DNA of 58,988 nt from Thermoanaerobaculia bacterium (lineage in GTDB: Bacteria > Acidobacteriota > Thermoanaerobaculia > UBA5066 > Gp7-AA6): positions 1-58,988 of the forward strand of contig JBHENW010000177.1 of NCBI GenBank assembly GCA_046261875.1. The letters are read 5' to 3'. The notes under the pieces are model-generated. The model had not been told where the DNA came from and ran no database searches. It was given only the letters and a program-made list of their open reading frames with translations. Both the position numbers and the translations under genes were made by a program. Positions 27,058 through 36,346 of this stretch are shown here, in pieces. Position 1 is the stretch's first letter. Each line of letters starts with the position of its first letter.

Positions 27058-29505
27058 TTAGGCTGGCGCGAGAGCGCCCGACTCGACCCAGTGGACCAGC
27101 AGCCGGCGGATCCGGTAGCAGTCCGCCGCGACGGAGGCTTCGCATTCGAGCGGCGTGGCTCCCTTGGAAGCCGTCATCCAGAGGTCGCGAAGAAGGATCC
27201 CGTCGGTCTCGTCCGGGTGCGGGGTGGCCTTGACGGAGGTCGCCTTCAGGGGGACGTCGTCGGGTACGATGGCGCGCGCCTGCTGGAACTCGTCGTAGCG
27301 GCGCATCCCTTCCAGTGAGAGGGGCAGGATCTCCCGCAGCCCCGTCGGCGCCTCGCGCGTCGCGCTCTCCTTGGCGCCGCGATCCGCCTGCCGGCTGAAG
27401 AGGAACGTGCCCGGCTGAGGGCGCTCGAGGAGCTGGAAGAAAGCTTCGTTCCCCTGCAGAGCGCCGGTCTGGCAGGAGAGGAGCTTCCCGCCCTTGAGGA
27501 GCATGAGCGCGAAGGACTCGCCGTTGGGGTTTTTGAGCGAGAGCGCCCCGCTCAAGCCGGACTCCGCCAGGCTCTGGAGCAGCGCCGGAAGGCCGAAGAT
27601 CTCCAGATCGCCCGCGAGGCTGGCGACCGGCGTTTCGACTACGGCCTGCGGCGCCCGGTCGAAACCGGCGAGCGCCTTGGTGATCGAGCGCGTGACGGAG
27701 AGGTCCGGGAAGCGCTTGATGATGTCCGCGAACGCGTGGCGCACCATGGGAAGCGGCGTCGACGAGAGCGCCTCGACCGTGTAGGCGAGGTTCTGGTCGT
27801 TCTGGTGGAGCACAAGGCCGAGGAGCTTGAAGGGAAGATTGGATTTCAGGGAGGCGACGAGCTTCTCGACCGTCTGGGGATCTTCCGAGAGGTCCTGGCC
27901 GGCGAGCTCCGTCAGCCGGGACATCGTGTCCCCCAGCTCCGCCTTGCGTTTGAGGGCGTGCTCCACGACGGCGCGCCGGGCTCCCGGAGTCCCGAACCGG
28001 GCCAGGCCCGCCACGACGCGATCCAGGATGAGGCGGAGCTCCTTGGAGTCGTACGGATTGTCGCCGGCGGGCTTGAGCAGGATCCCCTCGATATCGCGCA
28101 GCATGCCAACGAGCGCCTGCTCCGACCGGTCGTGCTTGAGCTGGCCCAGGTTCGCGATGGCTTCCTTGAGCATCGGCGTGGGGAATCGCAGCTCCGTGTG
28201 GCGGATGACGATGTCCACTTCCTCTTCCATCGGTCCTTCCGGGCGCGGGATTCGGCGGAGCAGATAGAGAAGGTTGCGGCGGAAGTACCAGTCCTGGTCC
28301 GTGATCTGCTCAATACGCGACGGCGCGAGCTTCTCGAACGCCGCGACGCGCGCGGGGGCGCCGTGGATCTCCAGCAGCAGCAGGAGGAGCCGGCGCTTCT
28401 CCCGCTTGAGCTCGCGCCGAAGCTCGGCGAGCAAGCCTTCCGGTGTCAGCTCGAGGAAGAAGTTCAGGACGCGGCGCAGCTGGGAGTGCTGGTCCGGGCT
28501 CTCGGCGTACTTGCGAAGGCGCTCGAGGTCGAGGGCTTCGTTGCCCCGGCGCCGGATCAGCTCCGCCGAGCCCGGGTCGATCTCCTTCTCCGCGATGATC
28601 CGCTCGGCCAGGTCGAGCATCGCGACGGCCTGGGCGAGCGAGCCTTCGTTGAACCGGTCCGTCGCGGTCTTGACCATCTGCTGAAAGCGCTGGGCGCCTT
28701 CGGCGGGATCCGCCGCCTGCGCCACGATCCGGTGCATCGCCTTGAGGCTGCTATGCTCCGGGGGCGCGGCGGCGACCGTCTCCGGGAGCACCCAACCCGG
28801 CAGGGTCTGCCCGAGGGCCTTGAAGAGATCCCCGGTCCCGACTTCGATGCCGAGTTCCTTCAGCCGCTGGAGCGACTGCTCGAGCTCCTGCGTATCGCGC
28901 GAGTTGCGGGCGGCCGCCGCGACCACCTGTTCCGTCAAGGCGCTGCTGCGCAGCGCCGAGGCGTCGCCGACGGCTCCCGCCTCTCGGCCGAGCCGCTCGA
29001 GAAGGAGCGCGAACCGTTGGATTCCGCGAAACGCGTGCGCGGACGGTCCGGCTTCGGGCGCTTCCTTGGCGCTGCGCCGCTCGGAGCCGGCCTGCCGGAA
29101 GATCACCTCGACGGGCGAGGAGAAGGCGGTCGTCGCTTCCCCGAGGCGGTCGAGGTTGACCTGGAGCAACTCGCGGTCCTCGGGCGGACAGAAGGAGATC
29201 ACCTGGTGCTTGAGCGCCGCGAGGAAGTCAACGAACGGTTCCTGCGGCACGAGACGGAACTCCCCCATGAGGTGAATCTTCTTGACCGCGTGGAAGAGAT
29301 AGTCGGAGATCGGGATCTGGTTTCCGGACCGGTATTGCGAAGTGCTCCAGGCGTGGATCTCCGTGGCGACGCGGTCGGGGGTTTCGAGCAGGAGGCGGAT
29401 CGAGTCCGCGACGATGAGCGGCGGCAGCGTATCGGAGAGATACAGCTGCAACTCGCTCAAGGCCTCTCGGACCTCGGCGTTCGGGGTCGCTCCGGCAGAC
29501 ATCAC
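27058..29505 (-). CDS. Large alpha-helical (HEAT-like) protein with a C-terminal DUF4388/PatA-N domain
   Basis: 815 aa. WYFRRNLLYLL HEAT-like motif; LAGDLEIFGLPALLQSLAESGLSGAL...GTFLF...LSLEGMRRYDE is typical of DUF4388. Confidence 0.75.
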   Translation of the reverse strand: MMSAGATPNAEVREALSELQLYLSDTLPPLIVADSIRLLLETPDRVATEIHAWSTSQYRSGNQIPISDYLFHAVKKIHLMGEFRLVPQEPFVDFLAALKHQVISFCPPEDRELLQVNLDRLGEATTAFSSPVEVIFRQAGSERRSAKEAPEAGPSAHAFRGIQRFALLLERLGREAGAVGDASALRSSALTEQVVAAAARNSRDTQELEQSLQRLKELGIEVGTGDLFKALGQTLPGWVLPETVAAAPPEHSSLKAMHRIVAQAADPAEGAQRFQQMVKTATDRFNEGSLAQAVAMLDLAERIIAEKEIDPGSAELIRRRGNEALDLERLRKYAESPDQHSQLRRVLNFFLELTPEGLLAELRRELKREKRRLLLLLLEIHGAPARVAAFEKLAPSRIEQITDQDWYFRRNLLYLLRRIPRPEGPMEEEVDIVIRHTELRFPTPMLKEAIANLGQLKHDRSEQALVGMLRDIEGILLKPAGDNPYDSKELRLILDRVVAGLARFGTPGARRAVVEHALKRKAELGDTMSRLTELAGQDLSEDPQTVEKLVASLKSNLPFKLLGLVLHQNDQNLAYTVEALSSTPLPMVRHAFADIIKRFPDLSVTRSITKALAGFDRAPQAVVETPVASLAGDLEIFGLPALLQSLAESGLSGALSLKNPNGESFALMLLKGGKLLSCQTGALQGNEAFFQLLERPQPGTFLFSRQADRGAKESATREAPTGLREILPLSLEGMRRYDEFQQARAIVPDDVPLKATSVKATPHPDETDGILLRDLWMTASKGATPLECEASVAADCYRIRRLLVHWVESGALAPA

Positions 29506-29531
29506 TGCGTTCGAGGGGTCTTTACCCTCTA

Positions 29532-29560
29532 AGTCTAAGCCCTTCCGTACCTTTCTTCAA
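29532..29560 (-). promoter_or_regulatory. Sigma70-type promoter for the DUF4388 gene
   Basis: TTGAAG (29560-29555), 17-nt spacer, TAGACT (29537-29532). Confidence 0.65.
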
Positions 29561-29644
29561 TGGCGGCGGGACCGTTCGCCGGGTGAATTACGGAGGAAAA
29601 GGGGAAGGGGTCAGTTTTCTCCCGGCGTCAGGGGGCCAGCCTGC

Positions 29645-30949
29645 CTAAAAGCTGTTCAAGAAATCTTTGTTGGCGCGGAACTTGGACAGCCGCCCCAGGA
29701 CGAGCTCCATGGCCTGGATCTTGTCCACCGCCGCGAGAGCGCGGCGCAGCTTCACGATCTTGGGCAGCTCCTCCGGGCCGTAAATCTTCTCTTCCTTGCG
29801 GGTGCCGGACTGCGGAATGTTGATGCACGGGAAGATGCGGCGGTTGAAAAGGTCGCGGTCGAGCAGGATCTCCGTGTTTCCCGTCCCCTTGAACTCCTGG
29901 AAGATGATCTCGTCCATCCGGGAGCCGGTGTCCACTAGGGCCGTCGCGATGATCGTCAGCGAACCGCCCCCTTCGACGTTGCGCGCCGCGCCGAAGAAGC
30001 GGCGAGGCTTCTCCATCGTGCGGGCGTCGATGCCGCCGGAGAGGATCTTGCCGCCTCCCCGCTGCATCTGGTTGTAGGCGCGGGCCATGCGAGTGATCGA
30101 GTCGAGAAAGATGATCGCGTGCTTGCCGCACTCCACCAGCCGGCGTGCGCGCTCGGCCACGATCTCGGCGACCGCGATGTGGTTTTCGGTCGAGAGGTCC
30201 GAAGAGGAGGCGATGACTTCGCCGCGCTCGACGCTGCGGCGGAAGTCGGTGACTTCCTCGGGGCGCTCGTCCACGAGGAGAACGATGACGTAGACGTCCG
30301 GATCGTTGGTCGAGACGGCGTGCGCCATCCGCTTGAGCAGCGTCGTCTTCCCCGCCTTGGGAGGGGCCACGATCAGGCAGCGCTGACCCCGCCCGATGGG
30401 CGCGAGCAGGTCCACGACGCGGCCGCACATCTCGTCGGGCTCGGTCTCGAGCTTGAGGTGGTCGTGCGGGTCGATGGAAACGAGCTCGTTGAAGGAGGGG
30501 CGCTGTCGGAACGCCGAAGGCTCGAGCCCTTCGATCGTCGCCACCCGCCGCAGCACGGGCCGGCCCCCGTCGGCCGCGAAACCGGAGACGAGCGCGCCGG
30601 CCTCCAGGCCCTCGCGGGCGACGAGGTCGCGCGGAACGATCGGATCCCGATGCGACGGAAGGTAATTGGCCCGCGCGGTCACGAGGACTCCCGGCGCGGT
30701 CTCTTTGGCGGGGAGGTAAAGGACGCCCTCGACCGGCTTTTCCGGACCTGCGGCGGCGAGCTCGTCCGCCCGCTCCGGCGCTCCGTTGCCCGAGCCGGGG
30801 CGGCCGCCCCGTCGCCGCCGCCTCCGGCGGCGGCGGTGCGGGCGATGCGGCCCCTCTGCGGGGGTCGGACTTTCCGTGTGTATCGGCGCGCTCTCAGCGG
30901 GGACGGAAGGCGGCGGAGCGGTCACCGATGTCAAGGGGTCTTCGGACAT
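29645..30949 (-). CDS. rho: Transcription termination factor Rho (atypical N-terminus)
   Basis: PIGRGQR, APPKAGKT, DERPEEVTD, LDSITRMARAYN, FKGTGN and SGTRKEE. Confidence 0.93.
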   Translation of the reverse strand: MSEDPLTSVTAPPPSVPAESAPIHTESPTPAEGPHRPHRRRRRRRRRGGRPGSGNGAPERADELAAAGPEKPVEGVLYLPAKETAPGVLVTARANYLPSHRDPIVPRDLVAREGLEAGALVSGFAADGGRPVLRRVATIEGLEPSAFRQRPSFNELVSIDPHDHLKLETEPDEMCGRVVDLLAPIGRGQRCLIVAPPKAGKTTLLKRMAHAVSTNDPDVYVIVLLVDERPEEVTDFRRSVERGEVIASSSDLSTENHIAVAEIVAERARRLVECGKHAIIFLDSITRMARAYNQMQRGGGKILSGGIDARTMEKPRRFFGAARNVEGGGSLTIIATALVDTGSRMDEIIFQEFKGTGNTEILLDRDLFNRRIFPCINIPQSGTRKEEKIYGPEELPKIVKLRRALAAVDKIQAMELVLGRLSKFRANKDFLNSF

Positions 30950-31061
30950 GAACTCCCAAACCCCGCCGCGCTGACTGCAGTGTCCGGGCGGGAACGGGGC
31001 ATTCTAACCGAAAGGGGCTTGTAAAGGGAAATCCGTCCGCCCGCCCACCCGGCCCCGCCGC

Positions 31062-32162
31062 TCAGCGGTCGAAGAAGGACAGGATCACGGACTCCTCCGC
31101 CGGGCGTTTCCTGCTGAGCGCGAAGTCCAGGCGCGCGTGCTCGGCACGGGAGACGCCCACCAGGCTGGCGGTCATGCCCGGAGCGGAACGGGCGAACTGG
31201 AGCGCCCGGTGCGCCGGCTCGTCGAGCCCGGGCAGGGCCTCGACGATCTCGTCGAAAAGGTCTTCGGCCAGTCGCCCCTGGAGGAGAGAAGCCGACCCGA
31301 ATGCGGCGAGGCCCAGCTCCCGCGCCGCCGGCAGCGCGGGCCGCCGGCTCCCGGCGACGGACTGCGAAGGATAGGCGATCGCCTGCGGCATCGCCACGTT
31401 GACCGGGAGCTGCACCGCGGCGAAATGATGCTTCTCCCCCGCCACCTCGCGCGCGACCGCCAGAGTCTCTTCCATCGAGAGGTGCTCCGGGTGCTCCGGA
31501 GGCGCGCGCAGGCCGTCCCAGGTCGCCAGGCCCCAGGCGGCGATCGCCCCGGAGTCCACGGATCGCTCGAGGCGCTCGACGGAGGCCGCGAGGGCCTTGC
31601 GGAAGTCGGCGCGGGTCCGCTCGACTCTCTGCGTCTCGATGTTGTGCAGGTAATAGAGGTCGATCGTTTCCAGCCCCAGGTTGCGGCGACTGCGCTCGAT
31701 CTGGTCCGCCAGGTATCCCGGTCCCATGCAGTGCATTCCGCGCGCGATCTCGTCCCGCGGGGCCGTTCCCGAGTCGATGAACTCCTCCTGCACGTACCGC
31801 CGCGGGTCCCTCGGGTCCTCGGCGTCGTGCGGAAGGTAGCCGCCCTTCGTGGACACGAAGAGCTCGTCCCGCGACGCGCTCCCGTCCGCGATCGCCCGGG
31901 CGATTGCCCGCCCGACGGCCCGCTCGCTCCTCTGCCCCCGGTAGTTGATCGCGGAATCGAAGACGTTGACGGCGAGCCCGAGCGCCTCGGCGATCGCGGC
32001 CTCGTAGCCTTCGTCGGTCCGCGCATCTTCGCGGCCCAGGTACGTCCCCAGGCCCAGGGAGGAGAGAGAGAGACCGCCGGCGTTTCGGAAGTGGCCCTCG
32101 GCCGCCTGCGAGCGGCCGGCGAAACGCTGCGTTCCTTCCGAAGTCGCGCGGCCGGGGATCAT
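31062..32162 (-). CDS. Aldo/keto reductase
   Basis: LGLGTY, FDSAINY, VSTKGG, IDLYYLHN and VQLPVN. Confidence 0.92.
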   Translation of the reverse strand: MIPGRATSEGTQRFAGRSQAAEGHFRNAGGLSLSSLGLGTYLGREDARTDEGYEAAIAEALGLAVNVFDSAINYRGQRSERAVGRAIARAIADGSASRDELFVSTKGGYLPHDAEDPRDPRRYVQEEFIDSGTAPRDEIARGMHCMGPGYLADQIERSRRNLGLETIDLYYLHNIETQRVERTRADFRKALAASVERLERSVDSGAIAAWGLATWDGLRAPPEHPEHLSMEETLAVAREVAGEKHHFAAVQLPVNVAMPQAIAYPSQSVAGSRRPALPAARELGLAAFGSASLLQGRLAEDLFDEIVEALPGLDEPAHRALQFARSAPGMTASLVGVSRAEHARLDFALSRKRPAEESVILSFFDR

Positions 32163-32186
32163 CCCGGTATCGTAGCCGAAGCGCGG

Positions 32187-33434
32187 CTACGCGAAATTGC
32201 GATTCACGCAGCCGAGGTTCGCATAACCCGGTCCCAGGATCGCCGAAGAGTCCGCGCGCATCCAGTCCTGGAGGACCGACCCGTAATAGGACCGGAAGTC
32301 GATCTGCCATGACAGGTTGCCGTTGCGGTCCAGGGCCGTCAGGTCGGGGCGCTCGCCGTAAATTCCCCGGTTGACGCCGTGCCCGACGAGGAAGTGCACG
32401 CCCGACGTGCCGTGGTCCGTTCCGCGGGAGCCGTTCTCGCCCGGGCGCCGGCCGAATTCCGACCAGGTCATGAGCAGCACGTTGCGGGACTTGTTCTTGG
32501 CGTCCAGGTCGTCGAAGAAGGCCTTGACGGCGTCCGAGACGTTGCGCAGCAGGTCGTCGTGGTCGGAGCGCTGCGCGCTGTGGTTGTCGAAACCCCCGTA
32601 GGTGACGTAGAGGATCTGCGTCCCGATGCCGCCCGAGATGATCTGGGCGCAGAGGCGAAGCGCGGAGGCGAGGCTCGTGTTCGGGTACGTGACGCTCGGC
32701 GTGTAGGCGGCGGAAAGCTGCCGGAGCTGGACCGAGCTCGATTGGGCGTCCCGAGCCGTCGAGCCGACTCGGGCGACCGCCGTCGGCGTCTCGTACTCGA
32801 GAGAGCTCTGGGCGATGAACGCGTCGATCTGGTTTTGCGCGTCTGCCGGGTTGGCGCCGTCGGTCGCGTAGGAATACGCGTTGAGGCTCGTGAAAGAGGG
32901 AATCACCACGTCGTCGGAGAGGAGCGTGCGCGGGAGAGACTGGGAGATGGCGCATGCCGAAAGGGGGTTGTTCGTCCCCGCCAGGCTCACGTCGGCCCAG
33001 CGCCCGAGCCATCCGCGGCGCTCCGCCAGCCGGGGGTCGGCGGTGTGCCAGATGTCGCGCGAAGTGAAGTGCGAGAGGTTCGGATTGGGATACGCCACGC
33101 CCTGGACGATCCCGACGCGGCCGGCGTCCCAGAGAGACTTGAGCGACCCCATCACGGGGTTGAGGCCGAGACGGCCGTCGAGATCCAGGACCGAGCTCGC
33201 GGAGACGTTGAGCGTCGGGCGCAGCGTGTAGTACGCCGCGTCCGTGTACGGGACGACCGTGTTGAGCCAGTCGTTGCCCCCCGCCAGCTCGAGCACGACG
33301 AGCACCCGGTCGGCGGCCGCCTCGATCGACTCCTCGAAGAATTTCGCCCCGGCGATCCCGAACCGCGGCACGAGCGCGGAGACGGTCGCGAGACCCAGGC
33401 CGCGGGCGAGAAAAGCGCGCCGGTCGATCATCAT
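32187..33434 (-). CDS. DUF1501 family protein (Tat-like signal)
   Basis: DRRAFL, LAGGNDWLN, SHFTS, GGFDNH, SEFGRR..EN..GTDHG and DFRSYY. Confidence 0.9.
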   Translation of the reverse strand: MMIDRRAFLARGLGLATVSALVPRFGIAGAKFFEESIEAAADRVLVVLELAGGNDWLNTVVPYTDAAYYTLRPTLNVSASSVLDLDGRLGLNPVMGSLKSLWDAGRVGIVQGVAYPNPNLSHFTSRDIWHTADPRLAERRGWLGRWADVSLAGTNNPLSACAISQSLPRTLLSDDVVIPSFTSLNAYSYATDGANPADAQNQIDAFIAQSSLEYETPTAVARVGSTARDAQSSSVQLRQLSAAYTPSVTYPNTSLASALRLCAQIISGGIGTQILYVTYGGFDNHSAQRSDHDDLLRNVSDAVKAFFDDLDAKNKSRNVLLMTWSEFGRRPGENGSRGTDHGTSGVHFLVGHGVNRGIYGERPDLTALDRNGNLSWQIDFRSYYGSVLQDWMRADSSAILGPGYANLGCVNRNFA

Positions 33435-33465
33435 GCGGACTCTCCCTCTTGACCTGCGTCGCCGC

Positions 33466-34869
33466 TCACGAGAATTGGAACTCCGGGCTCGTCAGCATCA
33501 GGTGGACGAGACCTCGGACTTTCTTGTCCACGTTGGCCGGAGTGTTCTGCCACGTACCGCGGGTGCCGTCGTCGCGGGCGCTGACGTAGCGCTCCCAGAC
33601 CGCTTTGGTAGGCCCGGGCGCTTCGGAGAGGCCCAGGCGCTCCGCCACCATCCGGACGACGTCCATCGCGGTATCGAGGGGGACCCCGGCGACGAGGGCG
33701 GTCGGGCTCAGCCGGGTCCCGCTCGTTCCGCGGTTGGTCGCGAGCGTATTGGCGAAGCTCGCCCGCGCGAAGACCGTCCCCGTGTTGACCCACCGCAGGC
33801 CCCCCTCCCAGCCCTTCGCATCTTCGGGATAGAAGAGGAACTGGCCCATCGCGTTCAGGGAGTTGGCGGGCGTCGAGAAGTCCGACGCGGCCTGGAGGAG
33901 CTTGATCGCCGAGGCGATGTACTCGACCGGGCTGCGGACGATCCGGCGCCGCGTGTGCGCTTCGTAGAACTCTTCCATGTGGAAGAGGTGGTGGAGCATC
34001 GCGCGGATCGAGTGGTTCGAACCGACGTACACGTCCCGGAGCTGCTCCACGATCCGGGCCGGGGGCTCGGGATAGGCGAAGAAAGTCCAGAGCTGTTCGC
34101 CGAGGAAACGGCCGGAGACGTTTCCGCCGCCGTCGGAGAACCTCAGGAGGATGTCGATGACTTCGGCCCCGTCGAACGGTCCGGTCTGGCCGAGGACGGT
34201 CTTCATCCCGAAGTCGTGCTGGTTGCTGTTGAAGAAGAACGTGAACTGCGAGGCCGGCGCGCCCTGCGGCCGCGTGATCGTCCAGCCGGTCAGGGCGCGC
34301 GCGACCTCCCTGACGTCGTTCTCGGTATAGCCCCGACCCTCGCCGAGCGTGAAGAGCTCCATCAGCTCGCGCGCGTAGTTCTCGTTGGGCCGGTTGCGGG
34401 TGCTCGTGGCGTTGTCCAGCCAGATGAGCATCGCGGGGTCCTTCGTCATGGCGAGCACGAGGTCGTCGAACCGGGCCACCGCGAGCGCGCGCTGCGTCCG
34501 GTTCTGATTGAGCATCAGCGTCGCGTCGCCGACCTTGGCGAAAGAGGATGTGAAGACCTGGTTCCAGAAGTAGGTCATTTTCTCTTCGAGCGGGCGCGCG
34601 GTGTGGACCATGCGGTGCAGGAACCACCTCTGGAGCCCTCCGGACCGCGTCATGTCGTACGTGGGGTTGTTCTGGCCCGGCTGCAGCGTCGTCAGGCGCG
34701 TCAGCTCCGTCTCGAGCGCGCTGTTGTCGATGTGGTCGAAGTGCACGAAGTGGTCGACGGCCGCATCGAGTCCGATCCGCACGTACGTGTCCAGCTCCGC
34801 GGGCGTGGCCCCGAAGCCGGCGCGCCGCGCGAGATGGGCCGCGGCTTCGCGGTTCCAGGCAATGCTCAT
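33466..34869 (-). CDS. DUF1800 family protein
   Basis: HLARRAGFG, LEEKMTYFW, PAMLIWLDN, NENYARELMELFTLG and SPEFQ. Confidence 0.92.
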   Translation of the reverse strand: MSIAWNREAAAHLARRAGFGATPAELDTYVRIGLDAAVDHFVHFDHIDNSALETELTRLTTLQPGQNNPTYDMTRSGGLQRWFLHRMVHTARPLEEKMTYFWNQVFTSSFAKVGDATLMLNQNRTQRALAVARFDDLVLAMTKDPAMLIWLDNATSTRNRPNENYARELMELFTLGEGRGYTENDVREVARALTGWTITRPQGAPASQFTFFFNSNQHDFGMKTVLGQTGPFDGAEVIDILLRFSDGGGNVSGRFLGEQLWTFFAYPEPPARIVEQLRDVYVGSNHSIRAMLHHLFHMEEFYEAHTRRRIVRSPVEYIASAIKLLQAASDFSTPANSLNAMGQFLFYPEDAKGWEGGLRWVNTGTVFARASFANTLATNRGTSGTRLSPTALVAGVPLDTAMDVVRMVAERLGLSEAPGPTKAVWERYVSARDDGTRGTWQNTPANVDKKVRGLVHLMLTSPEFQFS

Positions 34870-35051
34870 GGGCAGCGCTTCTGAGGCGGCAGCATACGTC
34901 CCCGGGAAAGGAGGCGGTCGGTCGCGAGAGGCGGGACCGCGCTCTCCAGCCCCGGTTCGTCGGTGTCGTCGATCCCGGAGAGGCTGTCGCCCAAGCCCGA
35001 CCGGCGCAGGGAGAGCGCCGCGAAGTCCCGAGTCCACTCGACTGCGCTCAT
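34866..35051 (-). CDS. Small ORF (61 aa) translationally coupled to DUF1800
   Basis: AGGAGG RBS 6 nt before ATG 35051; its stop forms an ATGA overlap with the DUF1800 start. Confidence 0.5.
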   Translation of the reverse strand: MSAVEWTRDFAALSLRRSGLGDSLSGIDDTDEPGLESAVPPLATDRLLSRGRMLPPQKRCP

Positions 35052-35168
35052 CCAGCCCTCCTGTCGGCCTGCGGAATGGAGGTTGGACGACACGCCTGCG
35101 CCGGAGGTTTACTCAGCTCGACTGTCGTGTCGGGTCTTATCGAGAGACCGCAAACGGCACGGTTGACC

Positions 35169-36281
35169 CTAGAGCACGGGCAGGGGGATGCCGTGGGTCC
35201 GGGTCGTTCCTTCGACCGAAGGGTCCCACCGGCCGGGGATGGGGGTGCCGCACGCGGGGCAGGCGCCCGACGCGAGACGATTGTCGAGCACGCGGAAGCC
35301 GTACCGCTCGATGAGAGTGGCCCGGCAGCTCGGGCACCGCGTGTTCTCCCAGGGTCCGACCCGGCCCGGCAGATTGCCGGCATACACGTAACGCAGCCCT
35401 TCCTCGGTGCCGATCTCGGCGGCGCGCACGAGGGTCTCCACCGGGGTCGCCCCGCGGTCGGTCATCTTGTAGTCGGGGTGAAACGCCGTCACGTGCCACG
35501 GGATGTCCACGGAGACCGAGGCGACGAAGGCGGCCGCGCGGCGCAGCTCGTCCTCCGAGTCGTTGAACCCCGGGATCGTCAGCGTGAGGACTTCCAGCCA
35601 CATGCCCCGTTCGTGGATGCCGCGGATCGAGTCGAGCACGTTCTGCAGCACGCCGCCGAGGGAGCGGTAGTGCTTGTCGTCCATCGACTTGAGATCCACC
35701 TTGTAGAAGTCCACCCAGGGAGAGATGTAGTCGAGCACCTGGGCAGTGGCATTGCCGTTTGAGACGTAGGCCGTGTAGAGTCCCCGCGCCTTCGCCTCGC
35801 GGAAGATCGCGACCGCCCACTCCGAGGTGATGAGCGGCTCGTTGTAGGTCGAGACGACGGTCGGCGCGCCGGACTCCTCCGCCAACGCGGCGATCTTTTC
35901 CGGATCCACGTCGCGCGGGGCGCCGACGGCTTTGGGGTCGCGTATGGACTGCGAGGTGAACCAGTTCTGGCAGTAGCCGCAGTGCAGATCGCAGCCGAGC
36001 ATTCCGAAGGAGAGCGCATCGGTGCCGGGAAGGGCATGGAAGAAGGGCTTTTTCTCGATCGGATCGCACTGCAGGGCGCCCACGTACCCCCACGGCACCT
36101 TGAGCGCTCCTCCCTCCCGGAAGCGCACGCGGCAGACCCCCTCGCGCCCTTCCGGTATCGGGCACCTGTGCCCGCAGGCGTAGCAGCGCAGCCGTCCGTC
36201 GGGAAGGTACTCGACGAGCTCCGGCGCGGCTTCGACCGTGCGGCGGGCCAGGGCGGAGGCGACGGGAGAAGCTGTCGGCAC
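35169..36281 (-). CDS. amrS: AmmeMemoRadiSam system radical SAM enzyme
   Basis: CYACGHRC..GVCRVR, DPIEKKPFFH, GCDLHCGYCQNW, TYNEP, AFHPDY and YVYAGN..CP.C. Confidence 0.9.
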   Translation of the reverse strand: MPTASPVASALARRTVEAAPELVEYLPDGRLRCYACGHRCPIPEGREGVCRVRFREGGALKVPWGYVGALQCDPIEKKPFFHALPGTDALSFGMLGCDLHCGYCQNWFTSQSIRDPKAVGAPRDVDPEKIAALAEESGAPTVVSTYNEPLITSEWAVAIFREAKARGLYTAYVSNGNATAQVLDYISPWVDFYKVDLKSMDDKHYRSLGGVLQNVLDSIRGIHERGMWLEVLTLTIPGFNDSEDELRRAAAFVASVSVDIPWHVTAFHPDYKMTDRGATPVETLVRAAEIGTEEGLRYVYAGNLPGRVGPWENTRCPSCRATLIERYGFRVLDNRLASGACPACGTPIPGRWDPSVEGTTRTHGIPLPVL

Positions 36282-36346
36282 GTCCTAACGATACGCCCGC
36301 TGACCTTCCGAAATGCCGCCGCGAATCGCTGCGTTATCATCCGCCG

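Noticed and set aside
35052-35168. Possible riboswitch or sigma54 site upstream of the DUF1800 operon
   Set aside because: Only partial motif resemblance (GCAAAC, GGCAC); spacing and stems do not fit.
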